Source: Acidimicrobiaceae bacterium
GTDB lineage: Bacteria > Actinomycetota > Acidimicrobiia > Acidimicrobiales > JACDCH01
Direction: 5' to 3'
Length of the DNA: 64,000 nt
Assembly: GCA_041166745.1 (NCBI GenBank)
Contig: JBEEGH010000034.1
Location: 9,032 to 73,031, forward strand
Shown here: piece by piece, positions 18,196 to 28,177 of the stretch
Numbering within the stretch: the stretch's first letter is position 1
Layout: every line of letters begins with the position of its first letter
Notes under the pieces: model-generated
Database searches by the model: none
What the model saw: only the letters and a program-made list of their open reading frames with translations
Told to the model about the DNA's origin: nothing
Position numbers and translations under genes: made by a program

Positions 18196-19110
18196 TCACC
18201 GAAACGTCGGGGCGACTCGCTCGATGAAGAGGTCGTAGGTGTCCTTGGTGCGCGCCGCCGGGCCCATGTTCCAGTCGGGAACGATGAGCTCGTCGACGCC
18301 AGCGTCGCGGTAGCCGGCAACGATGTCGATGACCTGTTCGGGCGTACCGATGATGACCGGGCGACCGGTGTTCTGCTCGCGTTTGGCGGCCAGCCACGCC
18401 TCGTCTTCGGACAAGAACATCAGCGCCTGCGTCGATCGCTTGATCGTCGACGGGTCGCGGCCCAGATCGTCGCAGTGCCGAGCCAGCACCTCTGATTTCT
18501 GGGCGACGATCTCCGCGGTTCCCCACACGTTCCACTCATCCGCGAACCGCGCGGCGATGCGCAACGTTCGTTTCTCGCCGCCACCACCGACCAGCAGCGG
18601 AAGCCGCTCCTGGACCGACCGCGGCTGACACGGCGCGTCGACGACCGTGTAGTGCTTGCCTTCGAACGTCGTGCGTTCGTTGTCGAGCAGGGACCGCACG
18701 ATCGCGCAGGCCTCTTCGAACCGGTCGAGCCGTGTGCGCGTGTCGTACAGCTCGATGCCGTAGGCCTTGTGCTCGTTCAGCTGCCAACCGGCTCCGAAGC
18801 CGAGCACGACCCGACCGTTGCTGACGTGGTCGACAGCCGTGGCGATCTTGGCCAGCACGGCGGGGTGGCGGTAGGTGTTGCCGCACACCAACGACCCGAG
18901 CCGCAGCCGCTCGGTAGCGCCTGCGAGCCCGCCGAGGACCGCCCAGCACTCGAGCGTCGGCCCGTCGAGCGGCGTGTCACCGTCGGGGTCGTTCGGCATG
19001 AAGTGGTCGGCGAAGTAGAGCCCGTCCCAGTTCGTCGCCTCGGCATGGAGGGCGATGTCGAGCACATCAGCCCAGGCACGCATCGGACTCGGCCAGATCG
19101 AGAATCGCAT
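18196..19110 (-). CDS. LLM-class (probably F420-dependent) oxidoreductase
   Basis: ADHFMP, GNTYRHPAVLAK, GGGGEKRTLRIAARFADEWN. Confidence 0.9.
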   Translation of the reverse strand: MRFSIWPSPMRAWADVLDIALHAEATNWDGLYFADHFMPNDPDGDTPLDGPTLECWAVLGGLAGATERLRLGSLVCGNTYRHPAVLAKIATAVDHVSNGRVVLGFGAGWQLNEHKAYGIELYDTRTRLDRFEEACAIVRSLLDNERTTFEGKHYTVVDAPCQPRSVQERLPLLVGGGGEKRTLRIAARFADEWNVWGTAEIVAQKSEVLARHCDDLGRDPSTIKRSTQALMFLSEDEAWLAAKREQNTGRPVIIGTPEQVIDIVAGYRDAGVDELIVPDWNMGPAARTKDTYDLFIERVAPTFR

Positions 19111-19191
19111 GGCCGGTGACCTTAGAAGGTGGACACAGATAGTCCTATCGGGTCATAGCGGCCGATCGCCCGATCTGTCACGCTTCCGCCC

Positions 19192-20121
19192 ATGCGTCGT
19201 TTTCCTGTCCGCCGAGCGTGGCGTCCCTTGGTGATCATCGTTCTTTGCGCCGCCGTACTGGCCGTGCCCGAGGTGGCTGGGGCCGCGCCGAGGGAAACCA
19301 TCTCCCGCCATGACATGAAGACCATGTTCCAGACCGCAAACGGGGAAGCGCAGAGCGGGAAAGGACCGGGCAAGCCGCAGACCAACGGCATCTCGTACCA
19401 CGGCGGGCCAGTCATGCTCGGCACGACGAAGGCGTACGTCATCTGGTACGGCAACTGGGCCGACAACACTGCAACCACGATCTTGACCGACCTGTTCACC
19501 AGCATCGGCGGCTCGCATTACTTCAACATCAACACCACATACGTCAACGGCACCGGCGGCCGAGTGAGCAACTCGGTTGCGTATGGAGGCTCGACGACCG
19601 ACGCCTACTCACGGGGCACGGCTCTGTCCGACGCCGGCGTGCAAGGGGTCGTGTCCGACGCAGTCACCGCCGGCCGACTGCCGAAAGACGCCAACGGTGT
19701 GTACTTCGTGCTCACCAGCGCCGACGTGAACGAGACGAGCGGTTTCCTCACGCAGTACTGCGGATGGCACACCCATGGCACGATCAGTGGCAGCGACCTC
19801 AAGTACTCGTTCGTCGGTGATCCCACGCGTGGCATGTCCGCCTGCGCAGCGCAGGGCACATCACCCAACGGCAACGCGCCGGCCGACGCCATGGCCAGCG
19901 TGATCGCGCACGAGCTCGAAGAGACCGTGACCGATCCCGATCTCAACGCGTGGTACGACAGCCGGGGCTACGAGAACGCCGACAAGTGCGCGTGGACCTT
20001 TGGCACCACGTACACCACGTCGAACGGCTCCAAGGCCAACATGACGCTCGGCACTCGCAACTACCTCATCCAGCGCAACTGGCTGAACGCTTCCGGCGGA
20101 CTCTGCGCCCTCACGTATTAA
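19192..20121 (+). CDS. Secreted PHI-1/EXORDIUM (phosphate-induced protein 1)-like protein
   Basis: Signal peptide; YHGGPVM, YVIWYGNW, YCGWH, SPNGN..ADAMASVIAHELEETVTDP..NAWY motifs. Confidence 0.8.
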   Translation: MRRFPVRRAWRPLVIIVLCAAVLAVPEVAGAAPRETISRHDMKTMFQTANGEAQSGKGPGKPQTNGISYHGGPVMLGTTKAYVIWYGNWADNTATTILTDLFTSIGGSHYFNINTTYVNGTGGRVSNSVAYGGSTTDAYSRGTALSDAGVQGVVSDAVTAGRLPKDANGVYFVLTSADVNETSGFLTQYCGWHTHGTISGSDLKYSFVGDPTRGMSACAAQGTSPNGNAPADAMASVIAHELEETVTDPDLNAWYDSRGYENADKCAWTFGTTYTTSNGSKANMTLGTRNYLIQRNWLNASGGLCALTY

Positions 20122-21214
20122 GAGAGGCCAGCGGCACGACGCTCGTCGACGGGACGACGTCGATGATGTCCTTGCCGACCCACCGCACGCCGAGCACACC
20201 TCGGTCGTGGCCGGCCATGCTCAACCAGTTCGGCACGCCGGGGTCGCGATGCGACACGACCATTCGCACCGACCCATCGGCCTCGACGTGCGCCGTCGCA
20301 GAGTTGAGCGTGACCGGGTGGTACCGGTAATCGAGGGTCTCCATCCAATGGTTGTGCAGCGCGACCATCCAGTAGTCACAGGCCGGCGGCATGAAGGCGA
20401 CGACGAGCGCGTCATCGTCATCGGCGGGCAAGGAGACATACGCCATGTGCCACTTGATCTGCGGATCGGCGAACAACCGCGTGTCGTCCTCCTGCGCGTC
20501 GAAGAATTCGTTCGGGTGGGTGGCGTTGCGCTCGGCCCACGACGCCCCGATCGACGTGATCGCCCGGAGGTACCCCACGCTGCCGAGCAGCGCCGTGTAG
20601 AGGTGGGTGGGATCGAGCGGCGGCGGCGGGCCATCGGCATCGATGCGCTCGATGTGGAGTACAGCCGGTTGATCGGTTCCCTTGTGGAGAAACGTCTGGC
20701 GGATGGTGAGCGACGTGCTGTCCGGTTCGAGCGGCAGCCAGTTCCCCGCTCGCTCGTGCTGGGACAGCAACACCTCGAACGTGCCGTCGGGTGCGATCTC
20801 GAGCTGATGCTCGTGCAACGTCGACCCAGTGCCGCGGCCGCCTTTGCCGCCGAAACCCCCGGCATTGAACGTGTTGAAGCTGATCCACCGGGCCTCCCCG
20901 CGCGTGCCCCACACGCGGTAGTCGTACCGGCCCGATATCGACGATCCGAGATACAGGTTGTCGGGGTTCTCGGCGACGATCTTGATCGTCTCGTGACACA
21001 CGCAGATCAACGCGGGATGGGCCGGCGCTCCGTACTCGAGTCGACTCTCGAGTGACCCGCGCAACAGGCGGGTGAGCATGCGGTAGCCCTCGGTGATGTC
21101 GAGCGGATCGTCGAGGCCTGGGCGCAGCACCTCGTCGCCCGCGGCCTTGAGCGCATCGCAGAACTCGGCCCACGCTGCGCCCGAAACGACCTTGGCCAGT
21201 ACGTCGTCAGCCAT
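20111..21214 (-). CDS. DUF1214 domain protein
   Basis: W..FCD.L..AG, ENPDNLY, NHWMETLDY, HRDPGVPNWL; coupled to the sulfotransferase. Confidence 0.8.
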   Translation of the reverse strand: MADDVLAKVVSGAAWAEFCDALKAAGDEVLRPGLDDPLDITEGYRMLTRLLRGSLESRLEYGAPAHPALICVCHETIKIVAENPDNLYLGSSISGRYDYRVWGTRGEARWISFNTFNAGGFGGKGGRGTGSTLHEHQLEIAPDGTFEVLLSQHERAGNWLPLEPDSTSLTIRQTFLHKGTDQPAVLHIERIDADGPPPPLDPTHLYTALLGSVGYLRAITSIGASWAERNATHPNEFFDAQEDDTRLFADPQIKWHMAYVSLPADDDDALVVAFMPPACDYWMVALHNHWMETLDYRYHPVTLNSATAHVEADGSVRMVVSHRDPGVPNWLSMAGHDRGVLGVRWVGKDIIDVVPSTSVVPLASLNT

Positions 21215-22361
21215 TGGTGTCCTCCCTGCCGAACCGTCGAAGATACGAGGCAAACCGCTCACGCACCGCGCCCTCATCGAGCCCGAACTCAGCGGGCGAG
21301 GGATCGTGTCCACCGCGCCCGTGCTGCGGATTGCCGGCCAACCATGCCCGCATGGCGCTCTCGGCATGCGCGGTCAGCGGCCACCGCAGTCGGTCGTAGA
21401 GCTGACCCATCGTGCCGATCGGGTCTCGCACCAGGTCATCCATCCACACGTCGACGAACGCCTCGTCACCGAACTGCTCCCGAGCCGCGAGACCCCGGTC
21501 GGCGGCCTCGGCCCACAGGTCCGTCTGGCGCGGGCCGAGTGCCGCACCGTCGACTTCGTCTGTGCCGAACGAGCGCACCACGGCAATGAGACTGCACACC
21601 GACGACATCGCCGCGAACGGATCTCGATGCGTCCAGATGAAGGTCGCGTCGGGAAACACGGCACGCACCGCGGGGAGACTCAACAGGTCTGGCGGGTTCT
21701 TCCACGCCCAGCGGGCCGGCGGACACCGCCACTGCAAGAGCTGCTGCACCTTGCGTTGGAACTCGTAGGCACCGGTCATGTCGCACGACAGGAGAAACGC
21801 CTCGTACGAAGGCACGTGGGCCTGTCCTTCGGCCTGGAAGGCGCGAAAACTCATGCCGGTGAGATCGAGCGTCTCCGACGGACTCGTCGCGGTGGCGAAG
21901 TAGAGGCGCGGCAGGTCGGGCATGAGTTGATGACTCATGTCGATACCCGCTTGCGTTGCCGCGATGCGAGGGTCCGTCATCTCCGTGGCGGCCTCGGGGG
22001 GTGGCGTGGGCGCCGTCGCTTCCCACGTGCGCAGGGCGCGGCTGTCCGGGTCGGCCGCGAGCAAGTGCGCGAGCGCCGTCGTACCGGTACGCGGCAGCCC
22101 CACGACGATCACCGGCCGGCAGATCTCTTCTGCGCCGATCGAGGGGTGACGTCGATGCCAATCCACGATCCGCAACCGCTCTGCGAGCAGATGACCGATG
22201 CGACCTTCGTGAACGGCCACGCCGATGGCGTTGAGGTTCGCCTCCCGGTTCAGCGCGTCGCAGAAGACTTCGAGCCCGTCCCGCCACGGCCCCTCACCGA
22301 AGTCGTCCAAACCCGTGGACGCGACCGCTCCATCGACGAAGGCACCGGCGTCCAGAGTCAT
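21207..22361 (-). CDS. Sulfotransferase family protein
   Basis: PAPS-binding GLPRTGTT; WKNP; THRDP...SS. Confidence 0.9.
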   Translation of the reverse strand: MTLDAGAFVDGAVASTGLDDFGEGPWRDGLEVFCDALNREANLNAIGVAVHEGRIGHLLAERLRIVDWHRRHPSIGAEEICRPVIVVGLPRTGTTALAHLLAADPDSRALRTWEATAPTPPPEAATEMTDPRIAATQAGIDMSHQLMPDLPRLYFATATSPSETLDLTGMSFRAFQAEGQAHVPSYEAFLLSCDMTGAYEFQRKVQQLLQWRCPPARWAWKNPPDLLSLPAVRAVFPDATFIWTHRDPFAAMSSVCSLIAVVRSFGTDEVDGAALGPRQTDLWAEAADRGLAAREQFGDEAFVDVWMDDLVRDPIGTMGQLYDRLRWPLTAHAESAMRAWLAGNPQHGRGGHDPSPAEFGLDEGAVRERFASYLRRFGREDTNG

Positions 22362-24376
22362 GCGGATTCAGATGATCGCACGGACGGCGCCTGAATCAGG
22401 GCGTCCAGTTGCTCGGCCGGCACCGGCCGGCCGAAGTGATACCCCTGTGCCAGTCGACAGCCGATGCTCTTGAGCATTGCCGCCGTGGCCGCGTCCTCGA
22501 CGCCCTCGGCGATCACCTCGAGTCCCAGGTTGCGGGCAAGATCGAGTATCGACCGAACGATGATGAGATCGTTCTCGTTGACCATCGCGGCGCCGACGAA
22601 CGACTTGTCGATCTTCAGCGTCGACAACGGGAGTTGGCGAAGGTACGCAAGTGACGAGTAGCCGGTGCCGAAGTCGTCGACTGCGAGCTTGACCCCCATC
22701 TCGTGCAGCGGCTCGAAAACCGTCATCGCCTGCTCGGGATCGCTCATGAGCGTGCTCTCGGTGATCTCCAGCTCGAGGCAGTCGGGAGGTATGGCGGCGT
22801 CTGTGAGGAGACGACCGATCAGGCGAGGCAAATCGAGGTCGAGCAGGTTCGTCATCGACACGTTCACCGCGATGCGGAGCGGCACGCCCGATGCACGCCA
22901 CGCTGCGCCCTGCGCGATGGCCGCGGCCAACACGAACTCCGTCACGGGCGCAATCAGACCCGACCGTTCGGCAATGGGGATGAACTCGATCGGCGGTAGC
23001 TGACCGTGAACAGGATGGTTCCAGCGCACAAGCGCCTCCACCGCAACGCAGCGTCTGGATTCCAACTCGATGACAGGTTGGTAGTGCAGGATGAGCTGGT
23101 CCATGTCAATGGCATGACGCAACTCGCCGAGCAACGTCAACCGTTCGCGGCTGTGACCATCGCGCTCGGCGCTGTAGCGGACGATCTTCGCTCGCTCCTC
23201 CTTCGCCACATAGAGCGCGATGTCGGCGCGCTGCAAGAGTGAGTTCGGATCGTCGCCGTCGTCGGGCAGGAGCGCAATACCAACGCACGCCTCGACATGT
23301 AGCAGCAGATCTTCGACCACGATGGGATCGGCCAGGCTCTCGACCAAGCGCATCGCCGCAGCTCTCGCCGCAACCTCGTCGCGAGCATCCATGACAAGAA
23401 CCGCGAACTCATCGCCGCCGAGACGGGCGACCACGTCCTCGTCATCTGTCGCGCCACACAGCCGGGGGCCGATGAGCCGCAGCAGCTCGTCGCCCACATG
23501 GTGGCCGAGAGTGTCGTTCACATCCTTGAAGCGGTCGAGATCCAGTAAAAGCACGGCGGCTCGAACGCCGGGGCCTCGGGTGCGGATCGTCTCGCGGACG
23601 CGATCGAGGAACAGCGTGCGGTTGGGCAGTCCCGTCAGGGCGTCATGCAATGCCTCGCGCTGTCGTTCAAGCGAGACGCGCGTCGTGATGTGAACGGCGA
23701 CGATGGGCACGACAAGGAGCGGGATCAGCGCTGGACTGTGCTCGGCCACGACGAGCACAACCGGCGCGAGTCCAAGCAATACACCATCGGCCAGAAGTTG
23801 CATCGCGAGTTGGCGACGCAACAGCGGGATCACGGTGACGCCTTGAGCAACGGCGATCACCACGGAGATCAGCACGTTGTTGACGAGGAAGAACGCGCCG
23901 GTGGCGGCCATCAAGGCCACAAGATCTCCTCCATCGACCCGACCGGTAGGCATGAGCACGGTCGAGCCGGAGATTGCGAGGATCACGAACCCTGCTGACG
24001 CGAGCGCCAATGTGTATTGCCCGACGTTGAAGGCCGATTTGAGCACGCCCCGTCGGCCTACGCCGTCGGCTACCAGCGAGCCGGCCGCAAGCACCGCCAC
24101 CGCGGGCGTCACGCCGAATCCCAGTAGCAGGGCGAAGGCGAAGGTGGTCGAGAGGGTCTCCGACAGGTCCTCGCGGGCGAAAATCCTCACCGGCCGCAGC
24201 TCACCCAGAATGCAGCCGGCGGCGAGGACCCAGAAGGCCGTTGGGCGTTCCGAAGGAGCGTCGCCGGTCCAGAGCAGCACGCCAAACACGAGAAGGCCGG
24301 CGAGCGCCACGCTGCCGGCGTACCAATGAACCCGATGCGCGATGGGTGTTTCGACCCATATCTGTCGGCCACGCAC
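22358..24376 (-). CDS. Membrane-bound diguanylate cyclase/phosphodiesterase (GGDEF-EAL)
   Basis: Multi-TM N-terminus; HDALTGLPNR, RLGGDEF, VEALVRW, DDFGTGYSS. Start uncertain. Confidence 0.92.
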   Translation of the reverse strand: MRGRQIWVETPIAHRVHWYAGSVALAGLLVFGVLLWTGDAPSERPTAFWVLAAGCILGELRPVRIFAREDLSETLSTTFAFALLLGFGVTPAVAVLAAGSLVADGVGRRGVLKSAFNVGQYTLALASAGFVILAISGSTVLMPTGRVDGGDLVALMAATGAFFLVNNVLISVVIAVAQGVTVIPLLRRQLAMQLLADGVLLGLAPVVLVVAEHSPALIPLLVVPIVAVHITTRVSLERQREALHDALTGLPNRTLFLDRVRETIRTRGPGVRAAVLLLDLDRFKDVNDTLGHHVGDELLRLIGPRLCGATDDEDVVARLGGDEFAVLVMDARDEVAARAAAMRLVESLADPIVVEDLLLHVEACVGIALLPDDGDDPNSLLQRADIALYVAKEERAKIVRYSAERDGHSRERLTLLGELRHAIDMDQLILHYQPVIELESRRCVAVEALVRWNHPVHGQLPPIEFIPIAERSGLIAPVTEFVLAAAIAQGAAWRASGVPLRIAVNVSMTNLLDLDLPRLIGRLLTDAAIPPDCLELEITESTLMSDPEQAMTVFEPLHEMGVKLAVDDFGTGYSSLAYLRQLPLSTLKIDKSFVGAAMVNENDLIIVRSILDLARNLGLEVIAEGVEDAATAAMLKSIGCRLAQGYHFGRPVPAEQLDALIQAPSVRSSESA

Positions 24377-24464
24377 GGCCGCCTTTGAGGGGTCAAGCGC
24401 GCTCGAACCCGGCTGCCGCCGACGGCGGGAAGTCGTACAGTCGCGGGTGGGTCAGGAGGGGTCG

Positions 24465-24851
24465 GTGGACAAGTCGGCAGTAACGGTGCTCGTCGTGGAC
24501 GACGAAGACGACATTCGGCAGCTCGTCCGCGCCGTGCTCGAAGGGGCCGGACTGCAGGTTATCGACGAAGCCGGCGACGGCCTCGAAGCGCTCACCACGC
24601 TCGAGAACCTGAATGCTCCGCCCGTACCGACGGTCATCGTGCTCGACAACCGCATGCCGGGCTTGACGGGCCTCGAGGTCGCCGAACAGGTCCTGCAGAA
24701 GATTCCGGACCAGCGCATCGTGTTGTTCAGCGCGTTTCTCAATGATGAGATCACCGGGCGAGCTCAAGAGCTGGGAATCAGCGCGTGCGCGGCGAAGTCC
24801 GACGTCGGTCGCCTTCCCGCGCTCATTGCGGGCGTCATCGACGACGCATGA
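24465..24851 (+). CDS. Single-domain response regulator (CheY-like)
   Basis: VLVVDDE, LDNRMPG..G; GGAGG SD before GTG 24465. Confidence 0.85.
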   Translation: MDKSAVTVLVVDDEDDIRQLVRAVLEGAGLQVIDEAGDGLEALTTLENLNAPPVPTVIVLDNRMPGLTGLEVAEQVLQKIPDQRIVLFSAFLNDEITGRAQELGISACAAKSDVGRLPALIAGVIDDA

Positions 24852-24933
24852 GAGGCCTTGATGTGGGATCGCCACCCCGCGACCTACGGCACCGTCAGCC
24901 TCTTCGCTAGCCAAACGCCGCCAGGGTGAGGCC

Positions 24934-25455
24934 GTGAAGCGGGTCGTCGTCGTCGGCCCTCCAGGATCGGGCAAGACGACGGTGGCCCAAGCCGCGGCGA
25001 CGCGTCTCGGGTTGCCGCACGTCGAGATGGACTCACTCTGGTGGGAGCCGCACTGGATGGAAGCCGGCGCGGCGGTGCTGGCCGAGCGGCTCCAGGTTGT
25101 CGCAGCGGACGACGAATGGGTCGTGGACGGCAACTACTTCTCTGTTGGATCGCGGGAGGTTCTGTGGCCCCGAGCCGACACCATCGTGTGGCTCGATCAC
25201 TCCCGCTGGGTGACCATGCCTCGCGTCATCCGTCGGACGGTGATACGAGCGGTGCGCCGTACGGAGCTGTGGTCAGGGAACCGGGAGTCGCTTCGTCGTG
25301 CCCTGCGCGCTGACTCCATCATCCGGTTCGCCTGGCGGGCACACCCGACCTACCGCCGCTACGAGTCGCTCGACACCGACCCCGAGTTCGCTCATCTCAC
25401 GTGGATCCGACTGCGAACTCCGCGAGCCGTCCGCCGCTGGCTCGCGTCGCTCTAA
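24934..25455 (+). CDS. Adenylate kinase-like / FlaR topology-modulation family P-loop protein
   Basis: GPPGSGKTT, WVVDGNY, RADTIVWLD. Confidence 0.8.
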   Translation: MKRVVVVGPPGSGKTTVAQAAATRLGLPHVEMDSLWWEPHWMEAGAAVLAERLQVVAADDEWVVDGNYFSVGSREVLWPRADTIVWLDHSRWVTMPRVIRRTVIRAVRRTELWSGNRESLRRALRADSIIRFAWRAHPTYRRYESLDTDPEFAHLTWIRLRTPRAVRRWLASL

Positions 25456-26663
25456 CGACCGAACATGATCGGCAGATGCTTCGGTCCCGAGATGAACGTG
25501 GACGGGAGCCATTCGGTCTCGCCCGCGGGTTGGACGCCGACGAGTCGAGTCAACAGCTCGCGCAGGATCGCGTGGATCTCGATCCTGGCGATGTGCGCGC
25601 CGAGGCAGAAGTGCGGCCCGCCGCCACCGAACGCGACATGGTCATTCGGTGAGCGCGACAGGTCGAGCTCACCGGCGGTTGGCCCGAACGCGTCGGCATC
25701 ACGGTTGGCCGAGCCGTAGTACATGACGACCTTCTGCCCAGCCGCGATCGCTACACCCTCGAGCTCGGTGTCGCGCGTGGCGGTGCGGCGCATGTAGACC
25801 ACCGGGCTGATCCACCGCAGCAGCTCCTCCACCGCCGGCGCCATCCGTCCTTCGAGATCAGCGGCGAGCCACGCCAGTTGCTCCGGGTGCGCGAACAGCG
25901 CATCCATTCCGCCCGCAACGAGATTGCGCGTGGTGTCGCCGCCGGCGTCGATGAGCAACAGGAAGAACAGGTTGAAGTCGATGACGTCGAGCTCCTGGTC
26001 GTCGATCGACGCCAACGCGATGAGCGTCGCGAGATCATCCGCCGGCTCGGCCCGCTTCTTCTCCCACACCTCACGCGCATAGTTGAACATCTCGAGCACC
26101 GCGCCGAGCCCGGCGCCGGGAGGCACGCTCTCCGGCGCGGCGTGAATCGTCTCCGTGAGCCGGTACAGCGCAACACCGTCTTCATGCGGGATGCCGAGCA
26201 TGTCTGCGATCACGTACGACGGCATCAGGCCGGCGATGTCCTCGACGAGATCGCACTCGCCCTTGTCGATCACGCCGTCGATGATCCGTTGCGCGAGGAC
26301 CTCGATCCGCGGCCGCATCGCCTTGGCGGCCTTCGGGATGAAGTCGCTCGCGACGAGCTTGCGGAGCCCTGTGTGCTGCGGCGGATCCGTGGTGATCATC
26401 ATCTTGTGATCGCCGACGTCGATGCTGCCCTCGCCGTCGGGAATCATGATCGCGGGAACGGAGGAGAACGTGGCGGCGTCGCGGCCGATGGCCTTCACGT
26501 CTCGGTAGCGCGTCACCGCCCAGAACCCTTCGCCATCGGGCTCGTCGTGCCGGTGCACGGGATCGTTCGCTCGAAGCCACGCGAACTGCTCGTGCGGCTG
26601 GCCGTGGGCGAACGACTCAGGAGACAGCAGCGCGATGTCGATCACCTCAGTGGACCGCGGCAT
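25452..26663 (-). CDS. Cytochrome P450 (CYP125/124-like)
   Basis: AGGDTT, EELLRW, FGGGGPHFCLG heme motif. Confidence 0.93.
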   Translation of the reverse strand: MPRSTEVIDIALLSPESFAHGQPHEQFAWLRANDPVHRHDEPDGEGFWAVTRYRDVKAIGRDAATFSSVPAIMIPDGEGSIDVGDHKMMITTDPPQHTGLRKLVASDFIPKAAKAMRPRIEVLAQRIIDGVIDKGECDLVEDIAGLMPSYVIADMLGIPHEDGVALYRLTETIHAAPESVPPGAGLGAVLEMFNYAREVWEKKRAEPADDLATLIALASIDDQELDVIDFNLFFLLLIDAGGDTTRNLVAGGMDALFAHPEQLAWLAADLEGRMAPAVEELLRWISPVVYMRRTATRDTELEGVAIAAGQKVVMYYGSANRDADAFGPTAGELDLSRSPNDHVAFGGGGPHFCLGAHIARIEIHAILRELLTRLVGVQPAGETEWLPSTFISGPKHLPIMFGR

Positions 26664-26800
26664 GCGGAACAGCCTGTCACGGACCAACGAAGCAAACGAA
26701 CGCATGATCCTCTTGCTCGCGTGCGACGCACGTTCACGACCCGAGCGCAGATCGGCCCATGCGGTACCGTCATAACGGATTTGCTCGAGAGGAGTCGGCC

Positions 26801-28108
26801 ATGAGCGTGTTGGTCCGCGATCCCGAGCTGGGGGAACAACCGTCGCCAGAGAGCGGCGAACCACCGGTTCGGTCATCTGCTTTGGTCTTACGGCCCGAGC
26901 TCGTGCTCCTTGGCGTCGCTTCATCGGGCACCGCGTTGCTGCACGCGGCATTCACCCCCGGACACTGGGCCGAGACGTGGAGCCACGGCCTCTTCTTCGC
27001 CGTCATCGCGTGGTTGCAACTCGCCCTGGCCGTCGCCCTCGTCGCGCAGCCGTCGCGGCGGGTGTTCGCACTGGCCACGCTGAACATCCTCGTCATCGCC
27101 ACGTGGGTGATCTCGCGCACGATCGGTGTCCCATTCGGTCCTAATTCGGGCGTCGCGGAAGACGTCGGCATACCGGATCTCGTCGCGACCGCGCTCGAAG
27201 CCGTGATCGTGCTCGGCAGCGCGGTGTTGCTTTGGCGATCGCGTGGCGGTCGCGGCTTTCGCGTCGTACGCGGGTCGCGTTGGCTGGTATCGGGCGCTGC
27301 GGCCGTGTGTGTGATCGTCGCCGCCGTCTCCACCGCGGCGCTCACGCCGCGCTATGCGGGCGAACACACCCACGGCACGGGAACGGTGAGCACCACCGGG
27401 CTAGCTGCTGATGGGCACAACCACGGTGCTACCGGCACCACGGGCACGGCGGCCGTTCCCACCCTCACCGGTACCACCCCGTGTGAGAAGTCCGGTCCGC
27501 CGGCGTCGCAGGGCAGCCTGATGGACGCCGAAGGTCACAACCATCGTGGTCCGGTCGAGCAGATCACCATCGACCGGCCGACGGCGGTGGCCCTCCAAGA
27601 GCAGCAAGCACTCGCCCGCGCGGTCGCAGAGAAGTACCCGACGGTGGCCGACGCAGAGGCCGCCGGCTACAACGCGTCGACGACGTATGTGCCGTGCATC
27701 GGCGCGCACTACACGAACATCGCCCTGGTGTTGCCGCCCTTCGACCCCACAGCCCCGTCCGAGTTGCTGTACGACGGCACCCGGCCCGACAGCAAGATCG
27801 TGGGCCTCAGCTACCTGGTGCTTCACCCCGGCGGCGCGCCCGCCGGCTTTGCGGGCCCGAACGATCACTGGCACCAGCACAACGCCAACGGCGGCCTGTG
27901 CTTCTCGACGACCACGCGCCAGGTGATCGGTGCGGAAGAAGTGACACCGGAACAATGCAGAGCGCGCGGCGGCATAAAGCAGGAACTCACCGACGTCTGG
28001 ATGCTGCACGACTGGATCGTGCCGGGTTGGGAGTGCAGTTGGGGCGTGTTCGCTCCTGAGTGCGCCGAGCTCGGCGGCACCGTCGGCGCCGACGCCTGGA
28101 CGAGCTGA
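26801..28108 (+). CDS. Membrane protein with His/Cys-rich extracytoplasmic domain
   Basis: About 5 TM helices, then HTH/HNH patches and YPTVADAEAAGY...GAHY...HWHQH...WMLHDW; GAGGAG SD. Confidence 0.75.
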   Translation: MSVLVRDPELGEQPSPESGEPPVRSSALVLRPELVLLGVASSGTALLHAAFTPGHWAETWSHGLFFAVIAWLQLALAVALVAQPSRRVFALATLNILVIATWVISRTIGVPFGPNSGVAEDVGIPDLVATALEAVIVLGSAVLLWRSRGGRGFRVVRGSRWLVSGAAAVCVIVAAVSTAALTPRYAGEHTHGTGTVSTTGLAADGHNHGATGTTGTAAVPTLTGTTPCEKSGPPASQGSLMDAEGHNHRGPVEQITIDRPTAVALQEQQALARAVAEKYPTVADAEAAGYNASTTYVPCIGAHYTNIALVLPPFDPTAPSELLYDGTRPDSKIVGLSYLVLHPGGAPAGFAGPNDHWHQHNANGGLCFSTTTRQVIGAEEVTPEQCRARGGIKQELTDVWMLHDWIVPGWECSWGVFAPECAELGGTVGADAWTS

Positions 28109-28111
28109 GGC

Positions 28112-28159
28112 TTTTCCCTGGCATACGCACACAATCGTGTGTACGTGGGCCAGGGAAAA
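28112..28159. repeat. 48-bp imperfect palindrome (REP-like or terminator)
   Basis: TTTTCCCTGGC...CACAC AATC GTGTG...GCCAGGGAAAA. Confidence 0.6.
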
Positions 28160-28177
28160 CGGAAGGTGGTGGACCGC

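Noticed and set aside
20111-22361. Sulfotransferase-DUF1214 pair as a novel system
   Set aside because: A recurrent, already noted gene pair in actinobacteria; nothing unusual in this copy.
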